DNA from: Saccostrea cucullata
Taxonomy: Eukaryota
Reading direction: 5' to 3'
Length of the DNA: 64,000 nucleotides
Assembly (NCBI RefSeq): GCF_032062105.1
Contig: NW_026937303.1
Coordinates: 1-64,000, forward strand
In this document: positions 49,007 through 61,600 of the stretch, one piece after another
Position numbering within the stretch: the first letter of the stretch is position 1
Layout of the letters: each line of letters starts with the position of its first letter
The notes under the pieces: model-generated
What the model was told of the DNA's origin: nothing
Database searches by the model: none
The model's input: the letters and a program-made list of their open reading frames with translations, nothing else
Made by a program: the position numbers and the translations under genes

Positions 49007-52000
49007 CACTATATAATCTATAGAGCCCCGCACCTAGCACAGAACCCCTGACCCTGGGGCCATGAATTTCACAATTTTGGTAGAGGACTCAATGCTCATT
49101 ACAGTTCATGCCAACAGTTTGCCTGCTTGATGTCCATGAGTAAAGAAGAAGATTTTTAAAAATTGCAATAATTTTAGTGGTTTTGGCCCCACCCCTCAGG
49201 CCCCAGGGGGGCGGGGACCATGAAATTCAAAATTTTTGTTCCCCTCCACCCATAGATGCTGTATACCAAATTTGGTTGAAATTGGTTCAGTGGTTTCAGA
49301 GAAGAAGCTGAAAATGTTCAAATGTTAACACACAACGCACGACACACAACGCACGACACACGACGCACGACGACGGACGAAAACGGATAGCAATAGGTCA
49401 CCTGAGTTACTCAGGTGACCTAATAAAATGTAAATAATTTCAGCATAGCTTGCAGCACATTATATTGGTGAAAGGAAAGAACATTTTAACTTGAAAATGT
49501 TCATAAAGATTATCCCACTTAGAGTCTTATAAGAGTATCAATGAACCTTAAGAAATCAGCCCCCCCCCCTCCCCCCAAAAAAGAAACATGAAATCAATGT
49601 TTGAGCTTCGCAATTGGTGCCTCCAATTCATAATTAATATTAGCAAGTTGATTTATTAATTTTGCCAAATGATTAGTAATCTTTTAAGAAGTGTTTATAT
49701 ACATGATAAAATCATGAGTGCCTTTAAGTACAATAATTTGCTGTATACATACAGGGTGGATCAGCCCTAGTATCATCTGGTTCCTCTGTGATGTCACAGC
49801 TCTGAGCGTACTGATACAGACTGTGGGCCTCCTGGGTGTCTACAAACAGAAATTAATACCACTGTTTTATTTGGACTTAAAACAATCTGACACAATAATG
49901 CAGAGCCCTTATGTACATGTATAATACTCATTTTCATAACATGTAACACCCAAATATACATGTATAATTTTACTTCATAAAATCCCATAGACATGCACAA
50001 TTTTTTGGATAGATAGTTTTTCAAGTTTCTTCAATTAGAAGTACATGTACCAATGGTACTTGTATTAACAAGTCTAGACAAATGGACAAACCTTGTAACT
50101 ACTGTAGGGCAACTGCAATTTGATGATTTATACTAGGGATGTCAAATCGGTCAATTTTTAGTACTCGGTTACTCGGACGTTTTTTAAAGATCGAGTACAA
50201 TGTGTAACTTCGGTAAAAGTGTACATGTAAATAAATATGAACAAGTCAATTGATGACTGTAAAACATTGTAAACTCTTGTAGAAATAAAACCACATGCTC
50301 TGATTGGAGGTTTACCCCTAACTGTATTTCTGTTGTCAGAATGATGAGCACTTGTTACGACGAAATTAAAATAACATTTTTTTGAAGTTCAATTTAAATA
50401 TCATATAAACACAAGAAATAAAATTATAAGAGGTTCACAGTGTTTTTGTAAAAAAAAAAAAAAAAGATCTACTTCGTAAATGTAATGTAACTTTGTTGCG
50501 TTTGACGTCCGGGAAATCGGTATTTTAAAGCCTTTGCCTTCAACCATTTGTTTTGGCATGTAATCAAACACAACCAATCAACAATCGCACGTGTAATATC
50601 ATTTACGGCTTCTCGGAGAATTGACAAAATTATTTAATTTATTTAAACAAATTAGACATTAAACGATGTTCAGTGAAAACAAATAATTAAAGCAAACCAA
50701 AAATAAAGTAGAAGACAGCCAAAGGTGAGAAAAGCCAGATAACAGGTGCTTGGTCACGATAATTACTGTATAAACACTGTCACGGGCAATTACGGTCATT
50801 TAGAGGCGTGGGAAATCCTAATTACTGCATGTACAAGTGCAAGGAGCATTTTAAGTTATAAAACAGATTGTTTAATGCATTAATGAATAAGTTTAATTTT
50901 CAAACATTCAAAAATATACATCCGAGTAACCGAGTACCGATTTTAGTATTCAAGTTTCTTCAGTTAGACGTACATTACCAATGGTACTTGTATTACCCGG
51001 TTAACCGGGTAACTACGTAGGGACATCCCTAATTTATACTAATATGCAAAACAGTGTATAGCTGACAGAATTATTAAAGAACCTTGATATGGTTGATACC
51101 TGGGTTAACTGTAAAGACTGTCCTAGAATCAGAGGTAGCTACCATACAGGATCTGTAGCTGTCAAAGGACATGCGGGCATCTGCCACGTACAACACTGGA
51201 ATACAGAGGTTATATGATTTCATTGTCAACAACTGAGATACCCATACTTGTACCCAAACATACATGTATCTTGGACTACTTGCTAAATACCTCTCTGTAA
51301 TATTCTCTTATTGCACATTTACATGTACCTGGAAGTTATGAGAAGTTGACATTTATTGTTGTTAATCCTTACCTGTGTTATATGGTGTCCATGTAGAAGC
51401 CGTAGAGGCAGCCTCTTTGTCCCATCTACAGTGATCACAACAACAAGTCAATATATAAATATGCAAGTGGCTGCTAATGAAGTTGTTTTTCAAAAAATAT
51501 CCTTAGTTTACAAACTAGTCACTGGCAGATTTAGAGGGGGGCCCAGGCCCCCCTTTTATGTCTAAAAAAAAATACACAATATTTAATAAATCAGTGTTTT
51601 TTTGGTGTGGCCGTGGGTCCCTATATCCTGACCTCAAACTGGTTGGCCTCCCTTTTCAAAATTTCTGGATCCGCCACTGCTAGTTACTCACAGATATGAT
51701 TATGATATGGGTATGAAATTAAGCTGAAATTGGTTTTCAGCTCAGGTGAGCTATAAATGAGAATTATAGATTTGAAAGAGAACTCACATGACAAAAGGAA
51801 AGCTTGACAAGCCCTCATCCATCAGGGTCAATTCACATCTCTGAGTCTGTCTGCCTGTTTTTGTTGTAATGTCCTTCACCTCCCCAACCTGGGTCATAAA
51901 ATGAATTCTTATACATACCACATTAATAAAACAATTAATGAAGGCAATTAAACTTCTGTTGTGAAATTCAAAGTGGATGTAACATTTGGTCTGATTGATT

Positions 52001-55000
52001 GCCATTGTATACTGACCTTTTTAAGAATGGCCAGAATGTTGATATGTTCCCCATGAAGAGCCTGACCATTGGCCACTATGTCCTCCAGACTGTAGTAATC
52101 ATTGCTGGCCTTTGTGGGGAGGTGAAGGAGGGCCTGGCAATCCTCCACATCGTACCCCGTGTAAGCTGTGATGGAGGAATGGTTCTCACTCAGGGAGAAG
52201 CTGAACGGCCTTTAAACAGAACCAAATAATGACTGCATGAAATGCAACCTAATGAACAAAACTCTGGTTAAATATGAAACTTTCAAAAAACTAGAGGTAT
52301 TGTGAGCAATGAGCTCACTAAATGATACCCCCTGCCTCCCAAATGTTATAATGGTAAAGTCCATGTTTTGCTATGGCTGGGAAACCCAAAATACGTGTCG
52401 GATCAAAAATTAAAATAGGAGGTACACAATGGCAATATGTAATAAAGATTCTGTGAAGTTTCATTAAATTTCACTTAGTGGTATAAGAGAAGTTGCGGAT
52501 AAGAGATGGGTACCCCAAAGCGTAACAGACAGACGAACAGACAGCTGGACGTATGGACAGACGGACGGACATACCGATTACTATATACCCTCCAACTTTT
52601 TAAGCGGGGGGTATAAAAATGACCCATTAAGTGAGTTTCAAAATTTGACACATCCTATTTCTTTTGTACTTGTGTAAATGACATCTTTAAAGGTCTTGAC
52701 CAGAATAAAAATATCTTATTCTTTCAATTATAAAACTCAAATGTTGATTTAAAATAAAATTTCTAGAACATTTGGAGTGGGTGAGCTAAAATTTTTTTGT
52801 CATGTTTAATAAACTTACAATGGAGTATAAGGTCTGAATTTCTCTTCACTTCCATCAGTAGGTTTTAGCAATACTTGAAAGTTGGACAGTTGAACTACAA
52901 GACAGATGCAAATTATATGTACATAATCAGTGTCTTTTAAGCCTCTTTCTAAGCTTAACAAAATATTTAAATTATCCTTTAGCAAAAATTATGTGGAATG
53001 AAATAATGACAATGAACAGTACCAATATCCCCAGTGTGGTGACAGTTTGATATTCCTGCTATGTAGGCTTCTGATCCCCAGCATGTAACAGATACAAATC
53101 CCATCGGAGAATCCCTTATAACAAAGCTCACTAGGTGCCGCTCTGTCCCGGGGTCTGAAATGATTTAAACAAATACTAATATTTTAATTTACACCCACTG
53201 AATGTTATCTTTCTTGTTTCTTATGTTATAAAAGCTTTGGGTGTTTTCCAATTAAAAATCTCACTAAATAAGCAGCTGGCCACCTGTAGAGATTTCTTGA
53301 TCAGTGACTTGTCCATCAATGAAACATACAAATGACATACTTGTCAATAATGTTTAACATACTTAATCCTACTTTATATGAAATATGCAATATCAATAAT
53401 AAATTGTTTTTCTTTTTTGTATTTAAATATTGAATTTAAAATATTCACTTATGTATTTCTCCTGCACCAGCTACAAGTCTCATATACATCTAAACAATTT
53501 TGAAAGTAAGGCTCTAATGTTTGAATTTGAAAAAGAAATGTCCTCTTAACTTTCTCCCCATACTAAAACTATGAAATCCCTAGTTTTTGGAGTGAGGGGG
53601 GTAGGGGATTATTTTAAATTCATTGTTTTATGGTATTAAAAGATCGAATAATCCTATCAACAGAACAAGTTATAAACAGAGGCCAATCTTAAAAAGAAAG
53701 AAATGTATAAGCATGTCTTGGCAAATATTATATACTCATTTATAAAATTAGTAGGAAAGGCATACTTACTTTTCCTTGAGATAATAGACTTGGGTGACTC
53801 TTTAGCTATTATAATTCCAACAACACTCTGAAATCAAAAAATTAAATTACTTTTTAGAGAATTTCAACAGCTTTAACTAAAGAATGTCTTCAGTTCAGTC
53901 CTTAACCTCCTTCCCCGCAGTCACACATTTCCTATTTCTGACGCAAAATCAAGCACAAATACTGTTTCCTCGCAATCATGCATTTTTAATGCAATTTCAA
54001 AAGTAAATTTAATCCTCAATTTAATGCCAATTTCCGTCTATTTTATATTTTGCTAAAATCTCATAAAATAAGAAAAGTTATAATGATATCAGAATATTGC
54101 ATCATAATTATTTATGCTAAATTAGAGAAACTTGTACTGCACTGAGTATGATGTGCTTGCAGGGAAAAGAAAAAGCGTCATATTTATGTGAACACTAGTA
54201 TGCTGCGTTACATTTCAGTAAGTTGTAAAGAGTTAATACAAGGAATTCTTTGATCAAAACAAATTCCAATAGAACTGGCAAGGAATAAAAAAACCTTTAT
54301 GGACACCTTATTATTAGTGGATATATTATCAGTTGTTGTGCATTACAGTGGTTCATTTGCTGGTGAACATGTCACGTACTCCTGCAAACTCATTTGCCGG
54401 AAGCCATGATAGCAAAATTATTAAGGTTCTGAATCCAGGTAAAGTATGTCACATTTTTCCTGTTTATAAATTATATTTCTATGTTAATCTTTGATTGCCC
54501 TTTGTTGACTTACCCGACCCTTGGGGAAAGGATGCAATTAACTTTCATTAATTCTGAATTATCTCTTATCTCCCCTTAAAAAGAAAGTGTACGTATACTG
54601 CCCTTAACTCATTAAAAACAAACTTAAATCCCCTTTAATCGGCCTCATTTAATTGTGGCAAATTTGATTGAAATTGGCAAAGTGTACCTTGAATTGAATT
54701 TTGAAAGACTTAATTAATTATGCTTTAAATTTCCTAGGCATTCCTTAAATTGTTTAAAAAACTTTTGTTCATCCATTGTGGCCTCATCCTACCCCCAGGG
54801 TCACGATTTGAACAAACTAAAAGGGGCTCGAGGGCCATATCACTTACCTGAACATTTTGGAAAGGAAAAAAGTGGAAATCACTCGAAAAATTTAACCCCT
54901 TTTACCCAAGAATTTTCTGTGCCAAGTTTGGTTAAATTTGTCCAACACATAAATATTAAGGCCCTCATAGGCCTAGCTATAGTGCTGCGAGAAGTTTATG

Positions 55001-55299
55001 ACAAATTACGACAAAAAAGGTGACACCAACAGAAAGCAGACAAATTAAGGTCAGAAAAGCTCACTTGGGCCTTCAGCTAAGGTGAGCTAAAAAGTTATAA
55101 ATTTGATTACAATGTTTGATGAAGACTGATTGACATCTTCAATTTTCACAATGGCTCCAGCTTGTTGTAAATGTTTAACATTGAATTGGTTGTTGCTTCC
55201 TGATATACTCCGCTGCTGCTGTTGAAACTTATTTCCTCTTGTGGTCGAGGTGTTTTTAAACTGCTGGAACTGGGATCCTGAGTGACCTGACCATGCCAT
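44561..55299 (-). CDS. MEIOB: Meiosis-specific OB-fold protein
   Basis: Exons (-) 55299-55111, 53827-53770, 53154-53023, 52894-52819, 52209-52017, 51888-51788, 51425-51373, 51195-51100, 49839-49753, 47343-47184, 46263-46044, 45157-45071, 44653-44561, all phase compatible. Segments GTERHLVSFVIRDSP..CWGSE, LHLPTKASNDYYSLEDIVANGQALHG..INILA, LSDHTGTL and KWRFLLERCKVYFK match MEIOB. Confidence 0.95.
45181..46125 (-). repeat. 105-107-bp tandem repeat copying a MEIOB exon 3' end and donor
   Basis: GTTACCTTGACCCC-like motif at 45187, 45294, 45401, 45508, 45615, 45722, 45827, 45934 and the true junction at 46039. Confidence 0.95.
47646..49422 (-). mobile_element. Second copy of HINE-like family B, inverted, in a MEIOB intron
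   Basis: Reverse complement of 11391-12976 with the same termini and satellite unit. Confidence 0.82.
50134..51031. mobile_element. Non-autonomous hAT element
   Basis: TIR TAGGGATGTC / GACATCCCTA with a perfect 8-bp target duplication ATTTATAC. Confidence 0.88.
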
Positions 55300-55618
55300 G
55301 TTTGTTCAGTCGTCTGCTGTTTGAGTGACAAATAACGCACGTGGGGCTAATGTATTCTTTGCAGCAAATACCTAGAAATGTGAGGTATTTCAGCAAATTA
55401 TTCAAGAAAATCCTCATTTTACAATTTATTTTACCTGATAGTGACACTGTCACTTCAAAAACACCGCCAATGTGTAAGTTTACATATTTTTAGAAATCAC
55501 GTGTGTTTACATCTTGATACAAGCGGACTCATGTGACCAGTTGGATCAGCAAAACTCTTTCTTACACGAAATTTTTCGCTTGGCAGATATGCATTACTGT
55601 GACCCATAACATCTGAAA
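55300..55618. promoter_or_regulatory. Compact bidirectional promoter MEIOB/Njmu-R1
   Basis: Divergent ATGs about 320 bp apart; E-boxes TCACGTG (55497-55503) and TCATGTGAC (55528-55536). Confidence 0.6.
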
Positions 55619-58600
55619 ATGACGGAAGAAGGAGCAGTCGAAAAGAAAAATTACTATGCTCTCTATGCATACAGTCCACAAAGGTATTGCAATTTTTCTG
55701 GTTTGAGGGAATATGGTGTAGGAGTATTTGTATGTAAAAACGATGATCAATGTTGTTTTTATGTTATTTTGAAGCAGTCCAGATAATAGTGGGGATAATC
55801 AGCAGAGCCAGACCACTGAAAACGTAGGATTTAGGTATGTGGAATTGTAGGCGAATTGTAATGTCAATTCAGTAATCATAGCTCTTGTAAATGTATGTAA
55901 ATGCTAATTGGGTTCATATTTCAATGTTCACTCAATGACTCATATAACAATATGCTGCTTATGATATTCCCAAAAAATATATTGTAAACATGGTAAAATA
56001 TCACATTATATTTTCCTGGGGTCAAATTTCCGTGGTATGATGAAACTATGAATTCATGGGGATTTGATTTTCGTTGATGAAGAATTGTTGAATAGTTATG
56101 TACGTAACATTTTACATTTTGTTGTCGACATAAGTTCATGGGTCTATTCATACCTCTAAAACAACGAAGATTAAACCCTGCGGAAATTTGTGATTTCACA
56201 GTATATAAGTATCATAGTGCAAATAATTTATAGGAAAGGGTAAAATCCTGTGAAAAGTTAACATCAATGCATAGGAATTAGCAAATAGTTTTTTGTTGCA
56301 ATCTTCCCCTACTCCAAAAATGGACCATAAATCTTTAAAGATATAAACAATGGGAGTTCATTGAGTTAAGTTACCATATTTAAAGGTACTTGGACACAGA
56401 TTTGAAGTTAATATTTTCTCATTTTTTTCTGTATAATATCACGAATTATATATTCTAATAGCATTTCACACAAAAATTAATTAAAATCTTATTTCATTTA
56501 AAAGTTATTAAAACTTTAATTTTTTTGGCGGGTTTGATTGACACATCCTTGCACTTTCACAAATTTTAACTTTATTCTTAATCCTTAGGAAAAGTGGCAA
56601 TTTTGATGGTTTTAATGAGAAATATTAAAACTTTTATCAACAAAAATAATTTTATTCAGAGTAGGAATGTTAGAAAGCAAAACACCTTCACAAGTATCGT
56701 CATTCCGAACTAAGAGATGCATACAGAGTTTAGCAAATCGAGCACACTCGTGTTATGTACACAGTTTTTGTAAACAGGGCTCGAGTTCTGTTATTGTTTA
56801 TATTTAGAATTCACCGGGTGCGTTCAATCGTCACAGTCTGCTTACCACAACTGCACGGACTGACAATATATTGTGTGTTTGTTTTGCTTTCGAACGTGTC
56901 TACTCTGAATTTCCTGGATTATAGTATTAATATTTTTCATTTATACAAAACGAGATTGCCACTTTTCCTAAGGATTAAGAATAAAATTAAATTTGTGAGA
57001 GTGCAAGGATATGTCAATCAAACCCGCCGAAAAATTTGAAATTTCAATATCTTTTAAACGAAATAAGATTTTTAATTAATTTTTGTGTGAAATGCTATTA
57101 AAATATATAAGTTGTAATATTATAGAGAAAATAATAACTTCAAATCTGTGTCCAAGTACCTTTAATAGTAATACATGTAAAATATTTGTTGTTGTCCTAG
57201 TTGAGTCTTAACTTTTAATGACTGTTGGGAGACTATTCAAATGGGTTTTGGAAAGTATCCAACAGTATAATATTACTAGAACCATGATTTTTAAAAAAAA
57301 AATTATCATTAAAATATCAAAATTGATCATGAATATTTGTTTCAAAGCAGCAGCAATGCTATTTTAAGTTATGACAGAAAAAATGGCTATGATCACTTAA
57401 GAAGATTGTAAGTAGCTACATGTATAAATGAAGATTTTATGTGCATTTTCCATTTTTATACCCCCCACAAACTAAGTTTGGGGGGGTATATAGGAATCAC
57501 CTTGTCCGTCTGTCTGTCTAGCTGTCCGTCTGTCCGTCCGTCCGTCTGTCTAGCTGTCCATCTGTCTGTGCAATCGTGTCCGGTCCATATCTTTCTTACA
57601 GAGGGACATTAGAATCTACTACTCCACACTTAGATTGCTCATGACCTAAGAGTGTGTCATGACCTTGACCCAAGGTCACTTGGGGAAGTTCAAGGTCACT
57701 GGAAGAAAAAATTCATAATTCGTGTCCGGTCCATATCTTTTTTATGGATAAACTTGGTTGGTTTTCATTTCACACAAAGATTGCCCATGACCCAAGGGTG
57801 TGTCATGACCTTGACCCAAGGTCATTTGGGGAAGTTCAAGGTCACTTGAAGAAAAATTTCATAATTCGTGTTTGATACATATCTTTAATGGATAAACTTG
57901 GTAGGTTCTCATTTCACACAAAGATTGCCCATGACCCAAGGGTGTGTCATGACCTTGACCCAAGGTCATTTGGGGAAGTTCAAGGTCACTGGAAGAAAAA
58001 TTTGGTAATTTGTGTCCGGTCCATATCTTTCTTATGGATAAACTTGGTAGGTTCTCATTTCACACAAAGATTGCCCATGACCCAAGGGTGTGTCTTGACC
58101 TTGACCCAAGGTCATTTGGGGAAGTTCAAGGTCGCTGGTAGTAAAATTACATAATTCGTGTCCGGTCCATATCTTTCTTATGGATAAACTTGGTAGGTTC
58201 TCATTTCACACAAAGATTGTCCATGACCCAAGGGTGTGTCATGTTGACCCAAGGTCATTTGGGGAAGTTCAAGGTCACTGGAATAAAAATTTCATGATTC
58301 GTGTCCGGTCCATATCTTTCTTATGGATAAACTTGGTAGGTTCTCATTTCACTCAAAGATTGTCCATGACCCAAGGGTGTGTCACGACCTTAACCCAAGG
58401 TCATTTGGGGAAGTTGAAGGTCAATGGAAGTAAAATTTCATAATTCGTGTTTGATTCATATCCACGCCTGCTAATCGATCAATTGCACAACCAGCAGTTG
58501 TGTATAACAATCAAAAGAGATCGATTTCCGGTTGTGCATTAGATGCGAATAATTCCAGTACACAGGTAGTAAATGGACCCGATTCAGGCAATAATTGATA

Positions 58601-61600
58601 TTTTTATTAAAATATAAGAATGTGATTCCATGAGCAATTTATTTTTCGTTAATTTTACACTCTCATAAAATGCAGTGATTGTCGATTAGCGACGATATTT
58701 GATTTGAAGCAAGGGCTGGTAGAGCGAAAACGCTGATTGAAAATAGTATTCGCCGACTAAAATTCGTTTTAATCTCAACTAACCTTGACAATTCAATGTC
58801 CACCATGAGTATGCTACAAGTGCATCCTATCCACCAAAATTAGGACTTCGATATGTGTATAATTTGACAAATATTCGTAGAAAATAACATTGCTGATGCA
58901 TGCGATCATTCAGTTGTGAAAGAGATCTCGGGTTATGCATGAGATTAAGGACAAAAGTTTCAAACTGTATGAATAAAATTAAACATTATATAATTATAAA
59001 GTAGTTTTGCAAAATTTTAAAAAATAACATTACAGGATTTTCTTGCAAATAAGTTGAAATTGTGAGAAAAAAGAGATATATAAGATAAGAAAACTGTTGA
59101 AGTAGATCTGTAAGGGGGGTGGGGTTAAAGTTTCAGTTACAATAAATATAATTACATTAAAAAAAAATTATGTGTGTATTATTTAGATCATAAATTCTGT
59201 GTGAATTATCCAATGCATCTTTAATATGGCTATTCCGTATGCAAAAAAAAAAAAAAGATAAAATCAACAAAAAAAAAAACAGCAATTATATATAGACTTC
59301 TTTCAGTACGAAATTGTTTAACTCAAACATACCTTATCTTTATTTGACAGTACTGCAACAAAAGTGGAGGGAAAGACCGAATTTTTCATACTTTCATTTC
59401 ATATATATTTTATAGTAAAAAGTGCTGTCTGTGAGAAAATAAGAGGCAGACTCTCGATGATATGTGTTTGCCATGGGGTAAGTATTTCCTGGTGTTTTGA
59501 ATCTCGGTTTCCTGAATTTTGTTATCGAGATGGAAAGGATCAAGATGACAACACCACATTACAGGTGCTTGTGGACAGGACACCCCCCCCCCCTCCAATA
59601 TTCAACCCCCGAACTCGTTGGACACTTTTTTTCTCACAAATTATATTTATTACATAAATATTCATTATGTATACCATAGGTGAAAACTCGTCAAAAACCA
59701 AAAATAATCGTTCAATAAAAATACCACTATTAAACATTCCAAATAAAATCAATCGGCCGCAGAGTTCATCAATGAATCAATAAAATATATATGATGAATG
59801 ATAAGAATGTATGAATGAAGATGTAGACCTCTCAAGATGAACCACATGCTGAAACGCAGCATGGATCTTTGTCTGACACGTGATAATACCCATGGTTTCT
59901 GCAGAATAGGCTACTCAAGGTGCGTAGTATGATGGAAAAAATGGAAGAAAAATCTTTGTTGTCACATCTGTAGCACATTCAAAACAATTTTTACTACAGT
60001 GTTGTTGAAAAACTTTTTATTCATCTCGCAACTTTTACCACTTCATTATTATCCGGAAATTAAAATCATGACGATTTCCTTTCATATCTTGAACACTCCC
60101 TGGTTGGGGAGTACCTATTGTACAAACTTTTTCTATATAACCATATATTATTAATTATCCAATTAGAAATGACAAAGAAATTGAAACAACAACAAAGCAA
60201 GTTTTTAAAATTAAGATTAGTTTACAGAACTATTGAAAAATAACGTTTCATTCCTTATAAAAGAGATCGGCCGCTGCTGCTGAAAAAGTCTTAGAAATGT
60301 GCTTGCAAAAATGACTGAACATTATTGGCGGATCTAGAAGGTGGTTCCTGGGGTTGGACTCTCCCCTTAATTTTTGCAGAGAGAGAGAGAGAGAGTTATG
60401 TAACATGGATATTTTATTCAACTAATATTTTGAATAAAATAAATACTTTGAATAAAAAAAATATTTCTAATAAAACTAGTGCTAATTGTAACGGGGACCG
60501 TTACAGATGTTCCCCAAACGCTCCCAGATTCCCTTTTGGTGCCATATTCCCTGTAAGCTTCATTAAATAGGACAAAATCTATGCATTTGAGACTTTAACA
60601 ACGCCAAGTTCATTCAAATTTTAGCATTGCATGCGTGCGCATGTGAATGCAGGTGCGTAATGACCTTATCATCTTGTCTACACAATCTAAATATTTTTAT
60701 ATACTAAATATTAAAGTATTTAATCCAAAAGTATTAAAAAAATACGCTCATTCAAGTGTATTTTTGATTTATCTCATTTCATGTTCACGCACGTGCATAC
60801 ATGATCATGGTGACCATACATGTATCTTCTTGTAGAAGTCCTGTGTTCTAAATCCCACCCCGTTTGGTTGAAAACCAAGGGAAATATAGCTGTTTAAAGT
60901 TTCAGCCAATCAGATTACAGCGCACATACACTAACGTGTATGCATGTGCATGGTGACCATACCTTCTTGTAGAAGTTCATTATATCTATCTATGTTCCAA
61001 ATTCCATCCTGTTTGGTTGAAAACCAAGGGAGTTATAGCTATTTAAAGTTTAAGCCAATCAGATTGTAGCACACGTGCATGCACGTGTTTTCATGATAAT
61101 TGCTATACATCATTTTGTAGGATATCCTATTGCATGGCTATGTTCAAAATTTCATAGGATTTCGTCGAAAAACAAGAAAGATATAGAGACTTTAGTTTCA
61201 GCCAATCAGAGCGAAGCGCACGTGCATGCACGTGAGATCTTGCTATTTTGACCATGTCATTTTTTTTCTACGCTATTAATATATCCTTACATTATAAATT
61301 TCAAAAGATTTCATCAAAAAATAGAAAAGTTACGGCTATATTCAATATATTGGTCATTTCACGTGTTGCACGTGTGCGCTCTTGCAAGCACGTGCGCGCA
61401 AAATGGCATGTTGACAATGTCATCTTATCGAATTATAGCTACATGTATATCTACTGCTTGCTTGTTTGTGTTTTTGTTTTATTTGTTTGTTTGTTTGTTT
61501 TTGACTTGTCAAAGTCCCCCATAGAACTGTTGAAAACTCAGTATTGCCAGGTTTGAAGTCTCTATATGCATGAGTTGGACACCTGGACAACACCCCCCCC

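Noticed and set aside
48322-49033. ORFs of 88 and 172 aa as genes
   Set aside because: Translations of the 168-bp satellite inside a non-autonomous element.
57652-58443. Three similar ORFs (MDKLGRFSFHTK...)
   Set aside because: Translations of the ~146-bp satellite of the HINE-like element.
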